Assembly: GCA_000320545.1 (NCBI GenBank)
Contig: ADNK01000981.1
Span: 62,001-126,000, forward strand
Direction of reading: 5' to 3'
Source: Bigelowiella natans CCMP2755
Taxonomy: Eukaryota; Protista; Cercozoa
Length of the DNA stretch: 64,000 nucleotides
The notes below the pieces were generated by a model. That model made no database searches and had not been told where the DNA came from. It was given only the letters and a program-made list of their open reading frames with translations. The position numbers and the translations under genes are program-made. Below are positions 13,043 to 24,609 of this stretch, in pieces; position 1 is the first letter of the stretch; the number at the start of each line of letters is the position of its first letter.

Positions 13043-16000
13043 CGTGTAAACATGCTAAGCATATTGAGCATCGAATCTCAGCTGGTTCGGCTTGATATTG
13101 TCTCCTATCTGCTAATGTCTTCATGTGTCGTATGACAGTATCACACTTTCTTTTGCCAGGCTAAGCTAGCTTATCTCTATTGTTTTCCGCTAACTACCGA
13201 TCTCCAGCGAGTTGAGCGGTTGACAAAGTTAGGACAGAGCCATTAGAATGAAATGGAGTGACAGACGTGGAAGAGTTGTCAAATAGAGACCAGGAGAACG
13301 AAAGGGTTGACCCAACGGGATATGCAGGATCGACAGAAGATGATGCGTCGAAACTAACACTGTAGGGAGACTGGGAGATTACTGGAATAGTGCGGGAAGT
13401 ACCTGATTATAAATTGGAAATGTCTTCTTAATGCCCATCGGAGTCTCCAATCGAATTTATCATCTAGCGAGTAGCAATAAGCCATGTTTGGAACTTCCCT
13501 GATGGCTGCACATTCCTCTCACGTGAACACACACGAGATTGCTCACCTCCTGCAATGATAGCCTCAAGTGGCTCGTCTTCGACATGAAGAACGATAGTCA
13601 CTGACTGCTGACCAAGGGTGGCATTCGTTTGCAGTGAAACAGTTTTGGCTGTGAATTCAAGCAGGTACGTTGAGTATGTCTGAAGAGAGAAGGCTGGAAT
13701 CCGTAGATATGCAGAGCGTGGGTTAGATATTGAGATAGGGGGCCCTGCGAGCTGTGACCAGAGGACGTCGACACGGAGGTTGTTGACGCATTTCGGAGTA
13801 CGGACCTTAGATGTAACCATTTCATTTCTTTGTTTGGGATCCAATATAAGCACCCAATTTGATCCAATATTTGCGATAATCGTAAGATCCCCTTTTTTTT
13901 TTTTCATAAAACATGCTCTACTCCGCGACAAAAATGATAGAGGAAATCGCAAGGGGGCAAGGACTCCGGCATCTAAATTTTCATGACTTAACACTTGTCA
14001 TTGTTACATATTGATTCTGCATCACGCTGCACATTAACCTGAATATTAATGTCGGTTACTCTGCTCCTTTTCGTAGTGATATTGTTGGAGCTGGGAAGAG
14101 TAAGAGAGGGAACTATGGCACTCACCTTCCATACAATGAAGTTATATTAAAGATAAACATAATGATCATAGTAAAGATAATAGCAAACCCTAGACTGAAA
14201 TGGCATAAATTCTTACAGGAGACGAAGGAACTTCACGATTCAGACTTACTTTCGAAATTTCAAATCGGGTTGATGCAGAGTCCTTCAGCCAATTTGTAAT
14301 TGATAGCGCAACTGTGACATCCTCACCAAGAGGTACCACGCTTCCGTTTAGAGCAAAAACGTTTGTAGTTGTCGCCTGTGCGAAGGCGTTTAGTGAATTC
14401 TTCCACCCTGAATCCGTATGGTTTACGATGCTCCAGGAGTATCTGAGACAGATGCAGCTCTCAATGGTGAATCTTTTTGTGTTTCACTTTCGTAATCAAT
14501 GCAGACAGTTCCAAGACAGCATTCGAACCCAAAACAAGCGGCACTCTAGCACACACGCACTCAAGGTATCAGATGCATTATTAAAGAGAATAAGAGAAGT
14601 GATATATAAGAAAAATAGTAAGCCAGACAAAAGAAAAGAGAGAGAGGAGGGGGGGGGGCGGAGGAAAGGTATAGATTGGAATAAAATTAATAACACAAGA
14701 TGCATTAAGGACGTTTAAATAATATTCTTCCATTTTCATCTAAGATGAAAACTTTCATGCATACTACAACATTTCCTGCCCTAGCACTCTTTTGTGTTCG
14801 CATTATAATCCCAGATGGATAAAACAACGGTAAGATTACGTGAAGCTCTTAGCCATTGACCCTTTTGTATTAGCTGTTAGATCGACCACGCCACCGCACG
14901 TTCCAATAATTGTATCTCCCACAATGGTAACTGCCACGGCTGTAATCGTCGATGAACGTAAGACTACCTAAAAGATGATTCAATCAAAATATGCGTTTAT
15001 ACAAGAGTCGGAAGTCATAAAAATATGCGAAGGCAACAGAAATTCGGATGGGAGATGAAAGAGCGTGTGGCAGTGTTCACCATCATCCACAAGTGATGAG
15101 GAAGCAACTAAGTAACAGTGTAATAAAGTTGAATTACCACAGTAGATGCTACATTGGTACTTAAACTATCGGCAGATTGGATTGAACCAGAGAGTAGAGT
15201 CAACGTATTCCCAGGCACAAGAAGGAAGTTTTCGCCCATATTGACAACAAGAGTTGACGGATCTTTCCAGTAACAGCTGCACAGAAACATGGAAAAGTAT
15301 GGAAAAGTGAGTACATTAATACATATTGGTTTTTCATTGATCCGTGCAAACATCTTTGGATAAAATAAATGAACATCATGTGAATAGCGACGCCAAGCAA
15401 CCAGGGTAACTCTAACAGCAATATATCGAAACCATTCAAGAACAGATCCATTATTCCATCTTTTATTTCGTTGAATTACCCGTAGTTAAAGCCAAGTAGA
15501 GCCACAGAAGATGTCCCAAGAATCATATCGCAAGTCAATTTCGAGCTAGTATAAGACGGCTGAGATGTCGCGAGCTGAAAGCCTATGTGTACTGCTTGGT
15601 ATGTCCCTGTAAATATCGCCGATCTAGGTGTAGGCCCTACTGGACTACTGGAAGGACCACTGGAAGGACTACATGTCTGCACTGCCGGGCTACTAGATGG
15701 GCTTGCACTAGGGGCCGAGGTTGAAACACCAGGGCTAGCACTTGGGGCCGAGGTTGTAACAGCAGGGCTAGCACTTGAGGTCGAGGTTGTAACCAGCAGG
15801 CTAGCACTTGGGCCTGAGGTTGTAACAGCAGGCTAGCACTTGGGGCCGAGGTTGTAACAGCAGGGCTAACACTTGGGCCGAGGTTGTAACAGCAGGGCTA
15901 GCACTTGGGCCCATGGATGGGCCGACGTTTCCAGCAGCAGGGCTAGCACTTGGGGCCGAGGTTGTAACAGCAGGGCTAGCACTTGGGGCCGAGGTTGAAA

Positions 16001-17115
16001 CAGCAGGGCTAGCACTTGGGGCCGAGGTTGTAACAGCAGGGCTAGCACTTGGGGCCGAGGTTGTAACAGCAGGGCTAGCACTTGGGGCCGAGGTTGAAAC
16101 AGCAGGGCTAGCACTTGGGGCCGAGGTTGTAACAGCAGGGCTAGCACTTGGGGCCGAGGTTGTAACAGCAGGGCTAGCACTTGGGGCCGAGGTTGTAACA
16201 GCAGGGCTAGCACTTGGGGCCATGGATGGGGCCGACGTTCCAGCAGCAGGGCTAGCACTTGGGGCCGAGGTTGTAACAGCAGGGCTAGCACTTGGGGCCG
16301 AGGTTGTAACAGCAGGGCTAGCACTTGGGGCCGAGGTTGTAACAGCAGGGCTAGCACTTGGGGCCGAGGTTGTAACAGCAGGGCTAGCACTTGGGGCCGA
16401 GGTTGAAACAGCAGGGCTAGCACTTGGGGCCGAGGTTGTAACAGCAGGGCTAGCACTTGGGGCCGAGGTTGTAACAGCAGGGCTAGCACTTGGGGCCGAG
16501 GTTGTAACAGCAGGGCTAGCACTTGGGGCCATGGATGGGGCCGACGTTCCAGCAGCAGGGCTAGCACTTGGGGCCATGGATGGGGCCGACGTTCCAGCAG
16601 CAGGGCTAGCACTTGGGGCCGAGGTTGTAACAGCAGGGCTAGCACTTGGGGCCATGGATGGGGCCGACGTTCCAGCAGCAGGGCTAGCACTTGGGGCCGA
16701 GGTTGTAACAGCAGGGCTAGCACTTGGGGCCGAGGTTGTAACAGCAGGGCTAGCACTTGGGGCCGAGGTTGTAACAGCAGGGCTAGCACTTGGGGCCGAG
16801 GTTGTAACAGCAGGGCTAGCACTTGGGGCCGAGGTTGAAACAGCAGGGCTAGCACTTGGGGCCGAGGTTGTAACAGCAGGGCTAGCACTTGGGGCCGAGG
16901 TTGTAACAGCAGGGCTAGCACTTGGGGCCGAGGTTGAAACAGCAGGGCTAGCACTAGGGGCTGAGGTTTGTGAACGAACTAAAAACATATTCACATCATT
17001 TCGCTGCCTTAAGTTTCAACTCAATAATCTCATTTTCCTTACCTTGTAGAGGCATGAATGAAACCAGTGCTAGTGAAGCCAGAAGAACCATTTTGTTCTT
17101 AGAATGTGATGCCAT
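7607..17115 (-). CDS. Polycystin-1/PKDREJ-like receptor: signal peptide, mucin-like repeat stalk, REJ domain, GAIN/GPS-like motif, about 6 TM helices, C-terminal PDZ-like domain
   Basis: Exon 1 (17115-17043) MASHSKNKMVLLASLALVSFMPLQ is a signal peptide spliced to VRSQTSAPSASP at 16978. REJ hallmark SAPGSGTCASSPLVGVALETEFILSCEGYIDDAEDLPLRYKY (~12260-12140). GPS-like CAVWSNTTKTWSSEG (~10185). PKD1-like HPWVSTWLRMPGDHLNARKRLLILAVL (~9450). Hydrophobic helices at 9890-9830, 9090-9030 and 8200-7980. Stop at 7607. Confidence 0.85.
15693..16966 (-). repeat. Coding 33-bp tandem repeat (about 36 units) encoding TSAPSASPAV(T/S), with 45-bp variant units containing TSAPSMAP
   Basis: Unit gggctagcacttggggccgaggttgtaacagca is repeated nearly perfectly. 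Units at 15790-15900 are degenerate and carry indels. Confidence 0.97.
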
Positions 17116-17777
17116 TGAATGGTGGTAGAATCTCATTGTTCAGCTTCACCCTTTTTTTGATTTTCGAAGACTAAAATACAAGATGATTCCCCGCGCTAGA
17201 TTCTTTGCCTGTCCTATCAAAATACGTACTTCAAGATTCAAATGCAGCAACAACCGTTGCGAAGACACTTGTGATCTTGTGATGGTGGTTTGAGTTTGCA
17301 TAGAGTGATAAGCACGGCATCGTAATCGCTGTTTCGTAAACCAAAAACAGAAAATTGAGGTGATTTCCTAGGATTTCCTAGGATTTCCTCTAATTATTTT
17401 TGTTTACCGGTACTCGTATTATGTTGATGCCATCAATCATTTTATTTAGATCTATATATAATCTAGATCTAGATCTCTGTATTTCCGTTTAGTTTTTCTT
17501 TCTGTTTCTACACTTAGATCTTAAGAGACATCTAAGGGACAAATGATGCCAGTTTTACATGTTTTTTTTCTCTGTCCCGAGGTGCCGCGTGTCGATCGGT
17601 GATTCGGTGATTCCTCGAGATTCTACCGATATTCGCGTCAGTACCGGGATTTACCTAATTGGTCGGAACGACAACGAGAACAACGGGCACTGCATACAGG
17701 CAGAGAGATGATGTCGGGGGGGGCATGAAACAAAGATTTTCATGAATTTCAAAATTAGTAAGAGCCCTTAGCTGCAA
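17116..17777. promoter_or_regulatory. Putative bidirectional promoter between the REJ-like and TOR1-like genes
   Basis: Head-to-head ATGs are about 660 bp apart and the spacer is microsatellite-free. It contains (GATTTCCTAG)~2.8 at 17362-17389 and AGATCT repeats at 17448-17521. Confidence 0.5.
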
Positions 17778-18741
17778 ATGAGATCGATGGCAGTTCGTTC
17801 CTCAAAGGCGAAGCTCGTCAACGAGCAAGAGAAGGCTTTCCAAACGCATGGTAGTTTTCTATAAACTCCTCCAACGGTTACTCCATTCCCCCCCTCCTTC
17901 TCTTTTGAAATATCCTTTTGTGTCCTGTGTGATTATTGATCTATTATTTTACAGTTATTGGCTCGTTGACAAAGCTGGATTCAACGCACACTGGTCCTTT
18001 AGGCTTGAAAGAGCTGAAAACAACCATCGCTCAAATTACTCCAACTCAATTGCCAATATTCCTGGTTGTATTCGGGAAGGGAAGGATTTATTGTTGGAGA
18101 TTGTAGGCAACAATTACAGTGTTGCTGCTGCTATATTTGATCGTACGGATCTGAGCACGTTGTTTGATCCATCCACAATTTGTGTGTTTCAGAGCGCTCT
18201 ATGCAAAATTCTCGACGACAGGCCCATTTCCACCCGAAAGGAGTCGGCGTATATTTTTGGTTATTTAGCAGGTAGTACTATCATTACATTTATATGTATG
18301 CACCTCAACCTTGAACTAAGGGAAAATTTCAAGTGGCAAAACACTTCGTTAAAAATATCCCTTTGTGTCGTCGCAGCTGAATGTATCTAACTGATTCTAC
18401 CACACTCATCATATTAGCAATGAAAGGTCTCGCCCTAGCTCCATTCTTAGACAAAATGATCAAAAACCTTATCGAAAGAGCAAATGACTCAAATTTCGAG
18501 GTTCTCTCCTACATGTGACTTGTATGCAGGCACAATAGACAAACACACATAAGAAATGAATGAATAAATGTGTGGTTGTCCCTTGTGTGGGGGGCGGAGG
18601 CTAGTTTGTTTGTTCTATGTGATTTTACGTTTTCTTTGAACTGAATTAGGTTCTAGATAGAATCGCTACTTCAATGGCTCAGTTTGTCAGGCATATTACT
18701 CTCCCAGTAAAAATACAAGAACACCACCCCATGTGTATATA

Positions 18742-18780
<39 letters not shown>

Positions 18781-20749
18781 ATATAATGATATAATATGTG
18801 TCTTCTTCTGCTGTGTTTAAAAAGGCTTACCATTTACGTACGACACAAATCGGCAAGAGAGAAGGACGCCGAAACCGAGTTGATCGGTAATGTTTGTAAG
18901 CATTCTTGTTTGACTAACAACCTTAGATGGCCTACTAATGTACAATAACTTAACTACATATCCAGTCAAACCCCAAGCGTGGTGAAGGAAAATTTTGACC
19001 ACAACCAAGAGTACCATGACGACACAAAAAGAACCCTATTTTCTGTAGTCGGCAATGGTGACGATGAAAATAATGACGATGACGATGACAATGAAAGAAG
19101 GAGAAGGGACTTTCCTCGCAACTCCGATGAAGAAGAGGGGGAAGAAGGTTTTTCTGTAATTAAAGCCAAGAAATCTGCAATAAATGAAGAGATAGGAAAG
19201 CAAAAGGGACAGAAAAGTAGTGATGGAAGGGGGGAGAAGAATGGCGTCTTAGAGGATGATGAAGATAGTGACGAGGAGAAAAACTCGAGGAGAGTATACC
19301 ATCATGATGATCATGGGGGTGGTGGTGGTGGTGGTGGTAACGTGGATCTAAATGGAAGAGGAGGCGCTGTGAGCATAAAAAGAAGTTCATCCTTTGATCG
19401 ACGTCATCTTAGTAACATTAGAAAGAATAATAATAGCAGCAGAATAGCAGGTACTAGAAGCCAGTCAGCAGTCGGAAAGCGAGGAGGGGGAGAAGAAGAA
19501 GGAGGAAGCATATCCATGTCAAGCAGCCCTATACTACCATTGGGGGGTGGGGGAGGAGATGGGTTGGACGCTGATAACAGCATCAGGAGAAGCAGCAGGA
19601 GGGGAAGGAGGGAAAAGGGCGGAAGGGACAAAACACCGATACGCGATCCATACTTACCACCGCATAACTCTCCAGCTGGCTTGGACATCTACCTTGGAAG
19701 AATTCTTCCTGCATTTTCATCAGCAACGAGGTTTCGTAAACAAGGAGCAGCCTGGTGCTTAGCCCGTATCATCCATGTCTCTCAGGCTACTCCTATCCTC
19801 GTCACCTCAGTGTTTGATAGGATCTACACTACTCTCCTCAAGCACATTCGAAATATGGGATCCTCTAAACACGCACACCCAAACGCACACTACTTGTCAT
19901 GTCTAAGTAATTTGATGCTCTTGGCGAGGCAGCTGATGGGGTCGCATATCACTGAATGTATTGAAGCGATTGTTGACCTACTAGCCTCCAGGGAATGGAC
20001 AGTAGTAAAGGCTGCAGCAGAAGCTCTCTATGCAACCGCACTCTGTATTGTGGGGGGAGGACACATTGTTCCGTGTTCCTATCGTAATGCCGTTACGGAT
20101 AAGCTGCAGAAGGTCAAGCATCACAAAGTGTTACAGGTTCGCCAAAGTATTAAGGGAGCTCTGTGTGCATGGAAAAGCCTAAGAGAAGTTGATGGGGATA
20201 GGATACGTAATCATGGTGAGGCTGTAAACCACGAATCATTTGATTTCTCTGAAATAACTGGAGCAAAAGGTGCTGTATTGGGTCTTGAGTTTAATGCATG
20301 GGCAACTGAGATTTTGCAACGAGGAGAAGGAGGTGTGGTTCCTGATCACGAACTAATCAAGAAAGCTCAAAGAAGAGACGGTGACGGCGACGACGACGAT
20401 GCTCACGATCAGTCATTATTTGATATTTCAATCGGAAAACACGTCAATCCGCTGATGACGCCACAACAAACACTTCGCAATAGCATGGCAAATGCTGCAG
20501 CAGCATTTAGAGGAGGAGGGGGGAAGGACCGATATGCTCCACTAAGAGAACATCGAGACGAGAGGGGCGATGAGGATAACCAGCAGCAGTTCTCAGACAC
20601 GAAGAAAAGCAGCTTGCATATTCCTTCAACAGATCTGCACACTCTTCAAAAGGATCTTAAACGAATAACAACGCTTGTAAGGAAGGTAGTAGTAGTAGTA
20701 ATAGTAGTAGTACACGTTACTACAACACTACGTGCGTGCGTGCATGCGA

Positions 20750-20807
<58 letters not shown>

Positions 20808-21125
20808 TTGTGTGAGAATTCGAATAGCACAAAATAAACCCATTACGCTGCTCCTTAAATGATGGATTATCTTAACATTAATATTTATTCCAGATGAATA
20901 ACTGCCACAAAGTGATTTTGACACGAATGGACGACCTCCAAACAGGTAGTAGTAGTAGTAGTAGTAGTAGTAGTACCACTATTATTATGATGACATAGTA
21001 GGGTTATGGCGGTGGAAGAGGAAGAAGAAGAAGAAGAAAAAGAAGTTTTGTTCGTTTATGGTACAAAGTACAACTTGATAGTGTCTGGCAAGAGCACACA
21101 CACACACACGCACACAACTAAACGC

Positions 21126-21165
<40 letters not shown>

Positions 21166-21782
21166 CATGTGAATCTGGCTTCAAGGCACTCTCGCATCGC
21201 CTGATAGACGTTGAGAGAAGGGTAGTAGTACCAGTAGTAGTAGTTTGTAGCAGTAGTAAAGCTATACCGGTGATCAAGTATCATCCTTTTGGTTTTCTTG
21301 ATGATGAATGCTTGAATATAGCAGTAGACACACTTGGACAAAGTACATGCACGAGATACGTCATATGAATCCATTGTATAAGAACATGTTAAATAACTTT
21401 TACGTACATCTTAAATATGTTAGAATAATGCACACACTTCATCATCATGATAATGTGATTGGCATTTAGGTGTCTCTTGTGCAAAAGTCTGTAGAAGGAA
21501 CATTGCCTGCAGAACAAGCAGTAGCACAGGGAGGAGGAAGAGGAAGAGGGAACAATATGGATAAAAATAATGCAAACGGCCGTGACAGCAAGAACAACTA
21601 CATGAGAAGTAGAGACCTTATATCATCGCCTGCACTTCACTCTTCCTCCTCTCATAATCATCCTCTACACGGAGGAAACAACCCTAACCCATTTAACTCC
21701 GGAAGAGGAGCAGCAGGAGGAGGTGGTGTGAATTGCATGCATCGTGACACACAACAATGAACACATAATTAGATCTTTTGCT

Positions 21783-21818
<36 letters not shown>

Positions 21819-21950
21819 TGTGTTTGTATTGTACCCGTGGACTATGTAGCGAGTTGTTAAATGTGTGAATGCACGTGTAACATCCAATGATCCGTATAAA
21901 TACCGATCACATACATCCTCTATATCCTTTCTCTCTACATTGATGATGTG

Positions 21951-21996
<46 letters not shown>

Positions 21997-22290
21997 ATGT
22001 AGGGATTTGGAATTCAGCTGTGTTTCACCTGCGTGTGAGAGAGTACGACAATGCTTTTCGAAGGTAGTAGCTTCTTTTCCAGAACAACAGCTTTCCACCA
22101 CATATATACGATAGTGTAATTAACACACACGCACAATATGTATGGCAGAGTTTTGGATGCACGAGATGAGCTTTTGCTAGTCCGGTTACTAGGAAGAACA
22201 CAAGCATTTCCGGGTAATAAAAGGCAAAATGATGATCATAATTTAGCACCTTACTCATGCACACAAAAGCATATTTGCACGTACAAGTAT

Positions 22291-22341
<51 letters not shown>

Positions 22342-22613
22342 TATTTTCAATATTTGCAGAACAAGTATTGTCGGGATTACATCCAAATACTGCAGAGAGT
22401 TTATTTAAAGCCCTTTCTGATATGATTGGTAATATCGATGTATAGGCATATAAACACACTTCTGTGTATGATTAACGCGACTGTCAACAACATATGTATT
22501 TTCAAGGCAGTCCATCAGCTCTACATCACCTCTCCCTCTTTTTCTTTCTCTTTCTCTTTCTAATTGACACACACGTAACGCACACACAGACAGACAGATA
22601 GGCAAACCAACAA

Positions 22614-22660
<47 letters not shown>

Positions 22661-22662
22661 AA

Positions 22663-22720
<58 letters not shown>

Positions 22721-23147
22721 TGTGTGTGGATGCATGATTACTTCGTACAAAGGAGGGCGAACATTTGTGCGTAACACGTTGCCCTGGATATGCGCAGCTG
22801 TGAAGGTTTCTCTTTCTCAATAACCTTATCTTTAGTTGAAGAAATCGTAACAGATGACGGGACTCATCATACTATATATTTCCCTCTTACTTTAAGTTAT
22901 CGAATTGATTAAGCTTTCATCATAACCACAGATGTCTCCGGTACTACCAGCAAATATTGAGACGGTGAAAGCAATAAGCAACGGCCTAGCTGTCTTGTGC
23001 AAAGATTCGACAACGAATATAGGCCATCAAATAGCTGGAATTGCCGCAATGTTTTCCAAGGCACATGTGCACAATGCAACAATGGAGCAACAACCACAGT
23101 TAGTTCAGAATAATCCACCGGCAATTAGTAGTAACACGCGGTATTGA
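17778..23147 (+). CDS. TORTIFOLIA1/SPIRAL2-like HEAT-repeat microtubule-associated protein
   Basis: Spliced N-terminus VIGSLTKLDSTHTGPLGLKELKTTIAQITPTQLPIFL/SALCKILDDRPISTRKESAYIFGYLA/LAPFLDKMIKNLIERANDSNFE resembles the TOR1 N-terminal HEATs. The window also encodes IVDLLASREWTVVKAAAEAL...HKVLQVRQSIKGALCAWKSL and a coiled coil ending ALSHRLIDVERR. C-terminal IWNSAVFHLRVREYDNAF-RVLDARDELLLVRLLGRT resembles the TOR1 C-terminal domain. Confidence 0.85.
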
Positions 23148-23269
23148 ATAGAAATAGAGAAGATGACGAATATTAGTACGACAAATATCTTAATTTACGA
23201 TAGTGATATTGCCTAGATATCACCAACCCGACAAGTAGTACTAGGAATGGAAATAGAAGTGCAGTTGTA

Positions 23270-24605
23270 ACAGTAGCTAGGGTAGTAGTGGTGCGTAGTA
23301 GCAATCTAGCGACAATGGACATTATGTCTAGAGATGTCAACCCTGATGCAGCTTAAAGAAGCTGCTGCCGTGCCTCATGTTCGTACGTAGAGACTAGCTC
23401 TAGAGCTATATACTCCTCATGATCAGGATCCTTGGACAAGCTTATCAATTTTGTGCGCGCGTGCATGCAACGCTAGTACGTACATCTAGACCTAGCTAGC
23501 TAGAGACCGAATAGACATGCTAGTATGCTACATCCTAGACTTCAATTATCTATATAGATTGTTGTCAACTACATGCCATGCATGCATTGAGGTACGATAC
23601 ATACACAAGTTAAACCGGTTTGTCTTCACATGTATTAGCTAGGCTTGGCTAGTACGCTAGTACGTAGCATGCTCTAGTGCTACGTACCTACCGTCATTTC
23701 CATAGTGCGGTTTCGGAGCTACGCTACTACGACGCACAACAACGCATACATATGCGTGTATATCTCATATCAGATTGCGCAATCAATTGAGCGCAATCAT
23801 GAATCGCAACGACGAGACAAACCGGTTGACAAAGGCTGAAAAGGATTCTAGAACTGTTGCGCGCAGCGCGCGACAACATCGGACACTTGAGGACGCTTTC
23901 GCATGCATGAAGCACGTGGTGGCAGAAACCAACAGACACAACATTAGCGCTGACATGTAGCCGCTGCATTGCACAGCTACATCAGGATGACCATTGAAAA
24001 AATTTAATTGTTCATTACATCCGTCTCATATCAATGCATGTACATATATGCGTATACTAGCTAGCTAGCTAGCTAGATACACATACATACATAATGTGTA
24101 CATATACATTAGCCAAGAACCGGTGGCGAGATTAGGATAAAGCTGTCTAGCTTTGTTGCTGCGTTCGCACATTCTGGCCACTCGCTAGCTAGCTCTGCTT
24201 TGACATATAGCAGTAGCATTTTTTGCTAGATTGCTAGATTGTGGCCGCTGTGTGACATGCTAGCATGCAACTAGCTAGCTAGTTAAGCACTGCGAGCCTG
24301 ACCTCTCGTGCACTCATTACGCATTAACAATCTACATCCAAACATCATTTAAAGCAGGTCGCTGTCGCGCATGCATGTACTAGAATGCATGCATGTGTCG
24401 ATGTCAAAAATTCTCATCTCCTAATTGCTTTGAAGGGATGCTACAGCTAAATCTAGCACGACTAGACGGTGAGGTTGACGAGCAGCAGCAGCAGCAGAAA
24501 GAGAAGGAGGAGAGCATGCATGCATGCCACAATGCATGCCGCCATGGCTAGATGAGCTACGATGGATTGTTTCATTACATGCTACCTGACTCATCATGTC
24601 TAGCT
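23270..24605. other. CTAG/CATG/TGCA palindrome-rich island 2 (convergent spacer)
   Basis: (CTAG)3 at 23492-23503, (CTAG)5 at 24057-24076 and (CTAG)3 at 24271-24282, plus GCATGCATGC and GTACGTAC runs. Lies between the stop at 23147 (+) and the stop at 24610 (-). Confidence 0.9.
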
Positions 24606-24609
24606 GCTG

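Noticed and set aside
15693-16966. CRISPR-like appearance of the ~33-bp repeat
   Set aside because: The units are contiguous with no unique spacers, the array is coding, and there are no cas genes in this eukaryotic context.
15866-17049. Long ORFs 15913..17049 (+, AGLALGAEVVT repeats) and 15866..16954 (-, QPRPQVLALLL repeats)
   Set aside because: These are shadow frames of the stop-free 33-bp repeat. Only the TSAPSASP frame splices to the signal-peptide exon.
23727-23974. Short ORFs inside island 2 (similarly 7312..7509, 41399..41650, 54021..54230)
   Set aside because: They have no recognisable motifs, splice partners or coding-like composition, and are expected by chance.
23270-24605. CTAG islands as MITE/SINE insertions or RIP-mutated relics
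   Set aside because: I saw no terminal inverted repeats, target-site duplications or extended inter-island homology, and the islands are not AT-enriched as RIP relics would be. This is not formally excluded without alignment.
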